DNA from: Phaeosaccion multiseriatum
Lineage: Eukaryota; Protista; Ochrophyta, other classes
DNA length: 64,000 bases
Direction: 5' to 3'
NCBI GenBank assembly: GCA_965112735.1
Contig: OZ218963.1
Coordinates: 2,790,001 to 2,854,000 of the forward strand
The translations under genes were made by a program, and so were the position numbers. Below, piece by piece: positions 11,237-23,589 of the stretch. Under the pieces are notes generated by a model, which made no database searches, had not been told where the DNA came from, and was given only the letters and a program-made list of their open reading frames with translations. Numbering within the stretch: position 1 is the stretch's first letter; every line of letters begins with the position of its first letter.

Positions 11237-12747
11237 TTTGCATTCCTCCAACTTGCCTGATACAGAAAAACCGCGGGCACGAGGAGGGTGGTCATGAGCT
11301 CTCGCAGGTACCCCTCCGCCCCGAACCTCGCGCAAATGAGGAGGAAGACTGCAAGCGCAGCGGTGTTCTTCCACTCAATGTCAAACTGCCGAGCCAGTGG
11401 GCGCAACAGCTCGTGGATGGGTCCGTGCTTCTCTGCCTGGGACTCCTTTGGGTGGATCGAACAACGGGACGCGTGCATGAACAATCACAAACGCAGCGGC
11501 GACTCGTGGTCCACGTCTCCGTGCGCAGAGCACGGACGCACTACACCCCCCTCTCACCCCTGCACAACTTCCGCCTCACCTCCACCTCCGGCACCTCCTT
11601 ATGCGTCCGCTCCAGCAGGGTGCGCGTGGCCTCGTAGTCCGCCAAAAGCGCCGTACTTATCGCCAGTGCCCCTGATTCATGCAGCATTGTGCCCCCCTCC
11701 CTGCCCCCCCCCCCCTCCTCCTCCTCCTCCCCGCCCCTTCCCTCCCTCATCAAGTCCAGCAGGGCGGACTGCATCTGATGCTGCACCGCCAGGCAGCTCG
11801 CAAAGGCCTCCAATTGCCCGTCCAGCTTAGAGGGTACCACATTGTCCGCATCGAACTTGGTGGGGTCGATCGGAGGCGCCATGTCCAGCAGAATGGGGAC
11901 GCTCCTGCCCGCTTCCATGCCCTCCATCACGTCCTTCAGCGACGCCTGCGGATCGTCCAGGGCCTGCGGGCCGCGGAACAGACGGATAAGGACCACGGGT
12001 GGCTTGGCGGTAAAGTGCTTGGACACGTGCAGCTTGAGCTGCTCCACGGTCCAAGAGGTGTCCGCCACAACCGTCAATTTCTGGAGCGGGTGGGGGCGGG
12101 TGGCCGGAGACGAGAGCATCACAAATTAGCGGCAAGACAACAGGTGGGGAGGATTAGGAGAAGGGAGGACGAAACCCTTGGCTGTAGGAGGTAGACTGCC
12201 GCTGCCGCTTCGCTCGGGGAATAGAGAATACATCCACGGCGGGACAGCAGCAGCAGAGGTCAGGGCTGGGACCCCTGGCGGTGGTGCCAATCCCCACGGA
12301 CGTACCTGATCTACATAGCTGCTGACCTTCGCCGTCGCCACAATCAGCTTCAGCTCTAGCACGGGCTCCCCCTCCCCCTCCCCCCTCCTCCTCCTCCACC
12401 TCCTCAACGTCCTGTCCTCCTCGTAGCCGCTGTACCGCTTCATTTAGTGTCAGCCTGCCGCGGTTCCTGTTCCCTTCCAGGCCTCTACCTTGGCTTCTCA
12501 CGGCCCACCCCCTACCCTTATAGCGGCTGCATTCCCCCGCTACGGCTCTTCTCCCTGTCGCCACCTGCCGGAGAACGGTACCCAGGAGAGTCTCGCTCCT
12601 CCCGGTGGTGCTACCCCCACCCGCGCTCCCTCCCCCTTTAATATAGATGCTCCTGCTTGCCCATGTTCCTCGAGCCCCCGCTGCGTCCGTACGAGACAGG
12701 CATGAGCTGTGCACTATCAGCACGAGGAGGCATGAGCGCCGTACCAT
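10344..12747 (-). CDS. Signal-peptide + ubiquitin-like-domain + C-terminal transmembrane protein (HERP/Usa1-like architecture), multi-exon
   Basis: MVRRSCLLVLIVHSSCLS leader; QRLRGG; UBL-like segment (LKLIV..|KLTVVADTSWTVEQLKLHV...IRLFRGPQALDD); hydrophobic helices AALAVFLLICA, LMTTLLVPAVFLY, LPGLIVALL; last exon KYVRDMYG...DWSDAD*. Joining leader to UBL needs loss of one G in a 6-G run near 12380; otherwise start is the ATG at 12443. Confidence 0.7.
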
Positions 12748-12850
12748 CCGTGCGAGGGAGAGAGGGTGGGGGCTTTGGAGATATCCTGAGCTGTGATGGA
12801 GTCGTATGGGCCATCCATTGTAGATAAAGGGAAGACGGAAGGAGGCTTTG

Positions 12851-15800
12851 ATGGACGGAGGCGGAGAAGGAGGAGTGAGAGTGAGGGCAGTGACGGTAAA
12901 GGTGGACCTTCCGGGGACGAAAGTCGCTGAGCGCCAACATCGACCGGCAGCTCTGGCGAAGGAGATCCGGAAGGAGCAAAAGCAGTTGATGCTGCAGAAG
13001 CAGCAGCGGCGGCGGCAGCAGCAGCCGCGGAAGCAGCGAGATGAGAACATTGCCAGGGACGTGAGCGGTGAAGGCAAGGAGGAGGTGTGGCACGCCGTCT
13101 TTAGTGAAGAGCATGGTGAGTCGGGCGTCGACGCAAAGGCAGTAACCGTCTGAGGTTGCTCCGGCGTTCCGTACAGCCTTGTATCTCATGCGTGCACCCC
13201 TTCTTTTCATTCACTTGCACAGGGAAGTACTATTTCTGCTTGCTCTCGACTGGAGCAAGCACGTGGACTCGACCGCAGGGCGAAAATGTGAAAATCGTCC
13301 TCGCCGCCAAGAACCACCTAAAGCAGCAGCAGCAGCAGCAGCAGCGGCAGCAGGAAGCGATAACAGCAGAGCAACAAGGACCAGGCCTAAATCTTCCACG
13401 TGGGGCGGAAAGAATGAGAAGGAGACACAGCAGCGACATTATTACAGGTGAGTTGCATCATGGGGGCGTCCCTCTCGCGACGTTGGACTCTCGGTTTGAC
13501 CCCCGTCCTTGTTGCATCAATCTCCTTGCTGCAGCCGAGACGCTACGTATCGTGCACTCCAGAGTTCTGAGCGATACCGACGGGAGGAAGGAAGACACTG
13601 AGTCCGAGCCTGAGTCCGAGCATGAGCATGAGCCTGCTTCGTGGAGCCCTGGCTGCAGGAGCAATGTCTACTATCAGACTCCTCCACCCCAATCACATGC
13701 TATGCAAACATCGAGCAGGGATCAGGGCCTGGCCCTCTCCTATCAAGAAAGCAGCAACAATAGCAGTGACGGCGGCTCGGGCATGTCTGATAATGGCGAC
13801 TTCATCAGCGCCAACGGATCCCCCCCTGTCAATCCGTTGGGGCTCCAACAAGCGGCCAACCCGCATTGTATAGAAGGGCAGGAGCAGGGAGAATGCCAGC
13901 GGAACTTTTGTACACAGCAACCAGCAGAAGCCGGCGAGGAGCAGGGAGAAGCCGGCGAGAGGGAAGGCGAGACGCAAGGAGGGGAGGGAGGGGAGGAAGA
14001 AGGCAATTGGAGAAGCGCGGTGGTCCACACACAGAAGGACGAAGGGCCAGATGGGGCTCCAAAGCAAGGGAATGACTGTATAAACGGGACGCGTGGAGAA
14101 GAGCTCGGGCTCGTGAGAGGGGATTCAAGGGCCATGCTGGACGAGGAAGGAGTGGAGAACCCCCCTCGCGTCGTCGCCCCCCAACGGGCGTCGTTCTTGT
14201 CCTCAACTGCTGCGTCTCGGCGTCGATCGAGCGTCTTTGACTCGTCACGGCGACATTCCAGCGGACAGGTAAGGACAGACACCCGTGATCTGCCGGCAGT
14301 CCATGCCGTGTAGGTGTTGTCCCTTCTGTGCCTTCCTCTCGGTGGCCAGGTTTCTTCCCCTTCCATCCCTTTCTGCTCGCTCTGTGGCCTAGTCTCTCTC
14401 TCGCACTCTCAGGCTTTCTCTCTCTGTCTCTCTGTCTCCCCCCCCCCTCCCTTCTCCCTCTCTCTTGCACACACACACACACACACACAGGCGGGCTACG
14501 AAAGCTGCGCCGCTGTGGAGTCCGGAGGGCAACAACGGTGGCGATCGGGACTAGGAAGTGAGAGTGCATGGCAGCAAAGCTCTCGCTCTAAGCCTGGCTC
14601 CGCCTCTCGCCGCCGCCGTCGGAGGCCCTTAAAGACGACCCCTGCGTCCATCTCTAGACTCAACATGCGCCTGAAGGAACAGCACGCCGCCAAGCAGAGC
14701 TGGCTGGAGAAGGAGAGGGAGGAGAAGAGGCGCCAGGAGGTCGAGGAGGTAGGAAGAGAGTGAGAGAGGCACGGAGAGATGTACAAACACAGGCAGGCAT
14801 GCAAGCATCTCTCCTTCAATGACGTCAGCCTTGTTTTGGGGGCTGCAACCTCACTCGGGCGTGCCTTCCGTACGTACGCATTCCCTGTACACCCTGGCCT
14901 CCCCAACCCCCCTCCACCCCCTCCACCCCCTCCACCGCTCTTACTCTTCCTTTGCATCTCCCTATGGGCTCTGCCGCGACAACCCACTGACCGCTGACAG
15001 GTCCGCCCACCACGAGTCACTCGCAAGGGGCGCTGTATGCGGCGGACGGTGGAGGACCTCCTGGCGGGCAAGAGGGCCGCAGAGGCCGAGCTGCAGCGTC
15101 GGAGGGAGGCTCAGAATGAGGCGGAGGAGCGCTCCGTCACTGCCACGCCCGCCATCACCTGCAGATCAAAGAACATTGTCAGCAAGCGAAGGGCAGCGAA
15201 TGCGGCGATGGCGGCATCACCTGCAGCCATACGAGGAGGGGGGGGCGGGGCCGGGAGGAAGCTTCCTGCGGAAGATACTGCCCCGCCCCCCCCCGGGGTA
15301 GTCCCGCCTCCTCCACCGCGGAACGTGGGGGAGAGACTGTATCAGCACGCGACTGTCATCGCGCAACGGCAGGAGGAGGCGCTGAGGCGGACGGAGGAGG
15401 CGCGGAAGGAGGCGGCCAGTAGGCCCACCAAGCAGGCGGGGAAGGGGCTGCTGAACGGCGGGGGGATGGGCATCACACGGTGTGGGGGGGCTTACGAGGA
15501 GGGCGCCGACGGGGAGGAGGGAGGGGGGCAAGTGGGCATGCGGGCGGCTCAGAGGCTATACGCGTCAGCGGCAAAGCAGGTGGGTGGATAGGAGGGGAGG
15601 GGAAGGGTGAAGGGAAAATGTTAAAATGTTGGCTGTTGCCCCACATCTGATCTTGCCAGGCAAATAGCTCCTAGTGGCGGGGTACAGAGGAGCCTGGTGG
15701 GCTTCGATTTCTTCCCAGGAAATATGAGCCTTTGTGTTGCCTGTGAGATTGCCACACCGAGCACCCTGCAGATTGATTGTTCGGCCTCCACCTCCAACCA

Positions 15801-18800
15801 CCCCCGAACGAGATGCGCCATGAGAAACGCGACTTGAGCAGCGCAGCGTATCAGTTTGCAATGACACGTGTCAAGTCGTCTGATTTCTCTTACGGCTTCG
15901 GATTGCGCTCCCGCAGGTCGAGCGACAGGAGAGCAGGAGGCAGGCCCATGACAGAACGAGTGTGTCCAACTTCTCCCCCAAGATCACGCAGAAGGCCAGG
16001 TGTGTTACCCCAGTCCGTCCGTCCCTTGTTCTATGAGCGCTGGGTGCTATCCCTCTCACACCCCTTTTCCTTCTCTCTTTCTCTCCCCTCTTGCAGCAAA
16101 ACGCACGCGCAGCACAAGACCGCTGTGCACGAGCGTCTGTACTCCGCGGGGCTGAAGCAAAGGTACTGGGGATGGTGATGACCCCTTCTGGAAAGGGAGA
16201 AGGGGGCCGTGGTCGGAGCTTTAGGCCTGGCGGACTGACCTGCAGAGAGAGAGAGTCCTCTTCGCCCCATATATATATATATATATGTATATATATCAGT
16301 CCCAATTGGTGCCCCTTCCCCTTCTCCACCCTTCTCGGCCGCTCTCGTGCTACATGTACTCGTGTACTCTGTTTCACAAATGGGCAAGGGTATATATAAC
16401 TTACGGTATCTCCCCTTTTCCCCCTTTTCGCGCTCCTGCCTTGCACATTTCATTGCAGGGTCAAGCAAGAGGCGAGGAAGCTGCTCAAAGAGGAGAGGGA
16501 GAGCGCACAGGATCGAGAAGTGAAAGTCCACCCCAGATCCGCACAGGTACGGTTCCGCTTGAGGCGCTTGAGGCACTTGAGGCGGTCAGTCCACGGGGTC
16601 TTGACAGTCTCAGAGAATGAGGCGGTCTGTTGGCCAGCCACGTGTGCCTCACTTACACCAAGGCTGCTTTGTTGCTTCTGCATTCCCATTCGTCTTCCTG
16701 TCAGCTTGCGGAGAGGCATGCTCGTCGATTCGACCAAACCGTGCAGGACAGGCTCGTTGCACCGGCCTCTGCCGATCGGCCTGTGCACATGACGTCGGAC
16801 GATTTCGAGGTACATGTGCTTTGGAAGGAAGCCGCGGCACAACACAACTGGGCTGCAAATTTTACTTTGATGCCAGCGAATTGCCTGGTCCTGATTTCTC
16901 GGTCCTTCACAAACTAGAGTTAAAGAAGTAGAAGGAGGATCCCTCCCCTTCCTATTTCCCTGACGCAGCACTGCCCCCCCTTGCCGGCCCCGCTGCTTCC
17001 CTAGACCAAACCACCAATGCCGAATCCCTCACTGACTGCCGCCGCTACTTCTGCCGCCACTGCCACTGCTGCCTCTGCTACTGCTGCAGACGACGTTCAA
17101 GCCCTGCTTGCAGTCCCAGCGCATGACGGAGGCCATCCTGCACGACAAGTTCGGCTCCGCCTCCGCCTCCGCCAAGCCCTCCCTCTACGAGAGGTGCAGC
17201 AGGTGGGACGAGGAGCGCCGCCACCGGAGGAGCGCTCTCCACAAGGCCAACTTGGACGCGCAGATGGAAGGTGGGCACGTTCACCCAGCGGTAGCGTGAG
17301 ATTGCTCTTCACTGCCACCCTTCCACACAGCCCGTTGAGGAAACTCCCCACGACTTGTGCTCTCACCGAATGACCGCATTGACGTGTGTGTGTGTGTTGC
17401 GTGTATGTGTGTGTGCATGTACGGAAAAACAATCATGCAGAGGCGACTTTCAGCCCCTACTTGGAGGGCTTCTCGTCACTGGGGCTGAGCCTGGATATGT
17501 GCGGTGACGACGGCGACACGAGGGGTGACGATGGCGATGACGGCGACAGTAATGGCGAAGTGGACTGGGAGGCGTGGTGGAGTCGGCGCGTGGGCGATAG
17601 CACCGTCGAGGAGCGGAGCGTTGCCTGGGTTAAGGACAAGGAGTCCAGGAGGGCGGGTCTGCGGCGCCTGCAGGAGCTGAAGGAAGAGCAGGAGTGCTCC
17701 TTCAGGCCCAAGGTGGACGCCCACTACGGATGGGACAAGGTGCGTCGGTGTGAAATGCATGTGTGTGTGTGTGCGTGTGTGCTTGCGTGTGTGCGTGTGC
17801 GTGCATGTGTGTATGTGTTCGAGGGAGAGCGTGTTTGTGTGCGTGTGTGTGTATGTGTGTGCTTGTATTTGCGTGTTGCGTGTGTGTGTGTGGGCAACTC
17901 TGCTCATCAATCTGCACGGGGATTGGCTTCCATTGGCTTCCCCCCTTGCTATCTTCCGGCGTCTGCTATCTTCCGGCGTCTGCGCACGTTGCTATCCTCC
18001 GAACCCTGTGGGAACCCCCCTCCATCCCTACCTTCACCACCTCCTCCTCCTCCTCCTCCTTCTCCTCCTCCTCCTCCTCCTCACCATCTGTACCATATAC
18101 GTGTGCTGTGCTGTGCTTGTCCGACAGCGGCAGGGACGCAGCAGGAAGCGATTCGACTCCGCCCCAGTGTCTGTGTCTGAGGTGAGCTGTGTCTGTGTCC
18201 GTGTCTGTGTCCGTGTGTGCGTGTGAGGGGAGCTGTGGTGAGCTGTGGTGCTCTATGGCTCTCCGTCGCGCGCTCACTAACTCCACCGCCTCCCGCACCC
18301 CCCCCCCCCCCTCGGTTTCCACGTGCAGGCCTCGTCTTCCACGAGGAATTTGCTCGAGAACTGCAGAGTGGACACGCGCTGTCACAGGTGCGTACCCATA
18401 CGAGTATGTCAAGCACCGTACCCCATAAAAGTAACATCAGATACCGCTGCGGTCTGTACCATGCTAGACGACGAGAGTGTGTCATGTTCTGCCTCTGTCA
18501 CTCTTGAACTCATATCTCTCGTCTGCCAAGCTTGAGAAGTGGTGCATGAGGAAGGCTTGGTAGGCCTCTGACCCCGGCCCGCGTTCAGCTGTTGTTGGTG
18601 TGTGCCGGACTTCCTCCTTCGTCACCCCTCTCACTCTCTATCGTGACATCCCCTTTCCAATCTGTGTCTCTGTGCCTGTCTTACATCTTGCTTCTCTTTC
18701 GTCTTTCGTCAAAATGTGCCGTCTCCGAAGAGGGGGCATCAGCGACGCTTCAGTTTCTCTAGGGGATGCTCACAGTCTCGAGGAAGATGATCTTGAGGTG

Positions 18801-19137
18801 AGAATGAGAATGTGGTGTGTTGGCGCCTTGTGCTTGTGCTGCCGCCTGCGGTGCCTTGAGACTTTTCCCATCGTGCGCTGGCTCATCGCCCTGGGCGAAG
18901 CAGTTTCCCCTTGGGGTGGTCTTTTTCTTTTTTGATTGAAGGCGGAGAGAAACTACATGTTAATCCAACGGCGCCTCCCATCCCTCCCCACTTCTTGTTT
19001 TGTCGGCCTGGCGGACCTATCCATACATGCAGCTTCCCCCAGGGTGGTTAGCCTTCCGTGCCGAGAACGGCTCTCCTTATTATTTCAACTCCTTCGATGG
19101 CACCGTGAGCTGGGATGCCCCACTCGATGCCCTTTGA
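12851..19137 (+). CDS. Large low-complexity/coiled-coil protein with N- and C-terminal WW domains and repeated ERLY / ECxFxP motifs, multi-exon
   Basis: [10 protein letters not shown]|GKYYF...STWTRP and terminal [30 protein letters not shown]; [20 protein letters not shown]. Confidence 0.72.
17750..17892. repeat. Degenerate (TG)n intronic microsatellite
   Basis: TG/CG dinucleotide array. Confidence 0.9.
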
Positions 19138-19664
19138 GTGAGTGGGTCAACAACTAAGGGGCTCATGATTGTGGAAAGGTGTGCTGGAGTGGGTGCGCGT
19201 CTCCGCTGTATGAGGAGGGGGTGCCTGCCATTGGGCGCTGGGCCGTGCTGCCCCTTTTGGTCCATGCATCGCTACTAGCCTGCAAGAGCGAGGGGGAGAT
19301 CAGACCTTGCTGCGGAATGTGATACGGAATGTAAAATCTTTTTGTGTGGAACGGGGGCGGCCTCCTAGGGAGAAAGACTACGCTTCATGTGACTGTTATT
19401 TAGAAGGGAACACAGCCAAAAAGCTCAAAAGGTCACAGAAGATCATAGGGCACACTCCTGCAGGAGCAGTGGTGGACTGGCTGGCTGGCGGGTATCTGGT
19501 CTCGCGCGCTCGAACATCCCCCCTTCGGAGACTCAGACGCAGACTCAAGTATCATCAACTTGTTGCCCAACACTGAACACTGGATCAAGCAGCTCCTCGA
19601 GCGGCCAACTCTTTTGAGACGATGAAGCTCGGGCGGCGAGCTCCCGGAACGTGCATACGCTCGG

Positions 19665-21626
19665 CTACAATCTGTTCATCGTCGTCATCTCAACCGATTG
19701 AACCTCGTCCTCAAAGCTCTCGAGAACTGTTACAGAGCAGGAGGGGGGGGCAGAGCAGAGCAGCGGGGGGGCACCCAGATGATAAGTCCACACACGAAAG
19801 CGGACGCAAGGAGGGAAGCTCTTATAAAAGCCAAGCCTACATGTCCGCTCCCACATCGCCTCAAAGTGTGCATGTGCATAACATACTGTCAAGCCGAAGG
19901 ACAAGAATGAAACTGCGCCATAAGGAATAAAAGCTCGTCCCAGACAGCTTGAACAGTAAGGCGCTAAACGAGGATTACGCAAACGAACCATACCCCTTCA
20001 TCCTTTCCTTTCACTTGGGTAAACATGAACCAAAGGGCTGGTAGACATATACTCATATCAATTTACACCGCAAAGCTGCAGGACCAATCAAGCAACATGC
20101 AAAGACTGTGAGCCAAATCGGTCCTCGCAGCACCCATGCATTGGGTGAGAAAACTTACCGTCCGTGCAGTCGTCCACGCCAACTAAGTCGTCGACAACAA
20201 CCTGCAGAGCGGAGAGAGAGAGAGAGAGGTTGGGAGGAGGGGTAAGGACATGGAAAGTCACCACCGCTGCTGCAGACACTGCTCCAGACCTGCTGCTGCT
20301 GCAGACGTAGGGTTCGGACTCGGGTGAAAGGATGGGAGAGAGAAAAAGGTTTGCCGTTGCCGGGGGCCAGCCCACGAACCGGAGCAAAGTGGGTAGCGAA
20401 ATACCACCCCGATCCTTTGCAAACTTCTCAAGACAAGTCTGAGCCGAGCATTTTCCAGAGGAGAGGGTGCATTTGCGGATTGCTGCTTGGAGATGTGCTG
20501 GGCAATGGTGACATGCAAACATACAGAGCGGGAGGTGAAAACTGGATACTTACGCATGAGCACACCAGCTTCTTGATGCCATAGGCCACGGGCACGAGCT
20601 GCGCCGCCTCTCCCCACTGCATGCCCTCCATGCACTTCTGCTCCTGGACCTTCTTATACACGGCCAAGAGGTCGATCTCGGTGTCCCAGGGCTTCACCTC
20701 GAACACAATCTGCGTCTTTTGCACCTGCGAGGGGCAGACACAGCAAAGATGGCGAGAGAGACGGACCGGGGGGGGTAACGGGTGGTCGAGTGACGGGGCA
20801 TGAAGGCGTACGTCAGAGTGATTGAGACAGCGGGGGTCAGAGGGGGGTGTTATTCCCTTCCAAGAGGCTTAGCTCAAAGATAGGACAACGTTGGACGACC
20901 CCTGCTGCACGGAGGGGGTTCTACGCGCGACACACCTTCTCTGGCTTGGCCTTCTTCTCCTTTTCTGCCTTTGCTGCGGCAATCTTCTCTGCGCGGGAGC
21001 CGGCCTTGGGCTTCTCCTCCTCCTCGTCATCATCGAACAAGTCGTCCACATCGTCGTCGTCCGCCGCCTTCTTTGCGCTGGGGGTTGCCGCTGCTGCAGT
21101 TCCTCCGGTCATCAAGCTAATGAAGGGAAGATAGTTGAGGGGCGGCATGGCATGAACGGGGGGGCGCAAGATGTGAAATGAGAGAGAAAAGGAGATTTAT
21201 ACTGGACACAACTCCGGCACTTGAGGCCTTTCGCACGGATTTCTCCCACCCTCCAGCTTCGACCTACCTACGAACCCCCTGGATGGCCGCAATGTGCGCA
21301 TACCAGCGGTAGGCGTGTGCCGCGGTGTCCTTGCTCGGGGCCCCGCTGAACTTGCCAAACATGTCGAGGTCAGCCTTGTGTGTAGGTAGGGAGACGTGGT
21401 GTGTGTGCGTACACATGTGTGTGAGGGGACGCAATGGCAGTAAAAGCAGACTAGGAGAGCAGGAGAGGAAGAGAGCCGAGCGGGAGAAGAGAGGAAGGGA
21501 AGATCGGAAGAATAGACCCGCACAAACCTTGCTGAAGCTAAAGCCCTCAACATAGCTCTTGCTGCTAATGAAGCCATTGAAGGCGCCGAGGCCCTTGGGC
21601 GTGGCAACGTCGAACTTGGTGGCCAT
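19665..21626 (-). CDS. EEF1B: Translation elongation factor 1-beta (eEF1B), 6 exons
   Basis: SYVEGF, AYRWYAHI, DDDDVDDLFDDDEEEE, EVKPWDTEID, LVPVAYGIKKL, VVVDDLVG, EDEVQSVEMTTMNRL*. Confidence 0.95.
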
Positions 21627-21999
21627 GTTGGAGGTGATTGCGGCACGAAGGGGTGATGTCTTATATGAATCGTGGCTGCCCCTCACAGCCCCAAAAAAAA
21701 ACGGGATCACAGATGTGTATCATCAACAGTAGTAGGGACAGAAGGCAACCCCTTCTCTCGATATCGATCTCTCGATCCCTCCTCCTCCCTCTGCGGCCGC
21801 CGGCCCGTTTCTTCCCCTGGGACTCTGACAGCTTGCTCTGTGACTTTTCTTCCATCTGTGCTGGACTCTTTTCACCATTTTTCTTTTTTCTTTCCTTTCT
21901 TTTCAGCTGACCATAGATACTCATGCATGTAAACGGGACAGTGATGAAGCTATAGGAGCGCCCTCTTCTCCTCACCTCTTCCCCTTCTTTGCGCTGCAG

Positions 22000-22772
22000 C
22001 AACGTGGAGGAGGAGCGGGTGAAGGAGGTGAACTAACCTTCTTCTATGGACGGCATCCACATCTGCGCCCGAAGCACTTGCTGGTCATCTTCATGCTTTA
22101 CTGGCGTGTCCTGTCGGAGATGGTCGACGAGCAGGAGGCAGCAGGCTCCGGGGGGGGGGAGTGAGGTAGAAGGGCTTCAAGAAACACAACTTTGATCTCG
22201 AAGCGTATCACCCTGGGACATACGGCACGCGAGACACCTTCTTTGGGCTGGACATGGAGGCCAGGAAGCGCATTGAGGGCGTGCCGGCGGGTAACCACAG
22301 CAACTAAACCACCGTACCCGCGCCGTACTCCATGTTGGGCATCACGGCCGCTGCCAAGCCCACACAAGCGAGCAATGAGGTCAGCAGAGAGAGGCGCCGC
22401 CGGACGCAGAGGTGTTCATTCCTGACGACCACCGCAGTCGCCCGTCTTCTACGGCGTAACGTGGTGTGCTCCATCCCACGTTCGTGGAACACATTGCCGC
22501 CATCGAGCAGAGCAGGTTTCCCTATGCTATATGGGGGCTGCGCTCTCCGGCCAACGCCCAGGGGACAAAACAACGGCGGCGAGAAGGTGAAGGACAGACG
22601 CTTCATCGACTGACTCGTCGTTGGCCGTGGACGAGCGGCTCCCGACATGGACATGCTCGCCTTGACCTCAGACGAGATGACCGCCATCACGCTGGCCCGG
22701 ACCATCGAGCAAGACCATGGCCAGTCGCTCATGCTGCAGGAGCTTCTCGACTCTCCTTTGCTACCACAGTGA
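22000..22772 (+). pseudogene. Degenerate coding-like remnant of unknown family
   Basis: Codon-like composition with interrupted frames (e.g. VLHPTFVEHIAAIEQSRFPYAIWGL, DMLALTSDEMTAITLARTIEQ), stops and shifts; abuts repeat copy B. Confidence 0.3.
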
Positions 22773-22869
22773 AGATCGGGTACGTCAGCGGACTGATGAA
22801 TGATGCGCCGAGCCGCAGAAAGGTCAGTATAACACCCGAAGGGCGGGTGTTTAGCGTTTAGAGTATTAA

Positions 22870-23137
22870 TAAAAAAAAAATAAAAAAAAATTAACGCTCG
22901 ATTTGCCGAAGAATCGCCCAAATCGCCCCCAATACATTTTTTGGACAAACTCCGCAAAATGACGCTGGGAGAAGCGCTATAGCTCTTCGTGTAGCTCTTT
23001 GAGATGCCTATCGATCCATAGTCTTTCGGCTTTCATCGCTTTTTCCCTTCCCTACTTGCTAGCATTTCTGCAAAAGCACTCCCCCTTGCCGGCCGACCCC
23101 AAAAAACGGGCGATTTGGGCCCCTAAAGGGCCACAGT
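22870..23137. repeat. Dispersed repeat copy B (empty-site paralog of 8631-9080)
   Basis: High identity to 8650-8667 + 8885-8983 with no MITE. Confidence 0.8.
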
Positions 23138-23589
23138 GGCAGCAGGCCAGCAGCAGCAGCCTTCCTCCAAGCAAGGTGCAGGGCTCCAACCGTGGACGAC
23201 TGGAGACGCTGTCTAATGAGGCAGCACGTGCGCAGCGCGCAGTGCTCACTGCAGAGAGCCGGCAGCACCACTCATCACTTAGGACGCACACAACAACGCC
23301 GCGCGTGGCTCCCCGTCGAGCCGCCCGCCGATCGCGACGCCCAATGAAAGCACCGTCACACTGGGCCACCAGGGCCAGCATTGGCACCGGCAACAGCACA
23401 CCACCTTCCTCAAACCCTGGAAGAAAGAGTGGCAAAAGGCCGTGCGAGTGGGGGCGTTCGGCGCAGTTTCGCTACTCCTCCGCGGGTACGGAGACGCCCT
23501 AGGTCGTGGTTGTCCTTCAGCAGCAGCAAGCCATGGGGTAAGGAACACACGATGAAGACTCGGCCTGCCACTGTAGGATAGGTGCCTGG

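Noticed and set aside
12370-12390. Programmed frameshifting in the UBL gene
   Set aside because: A single extra G in a homopolymer among (GAGGGG)n units is more likely a consensus error
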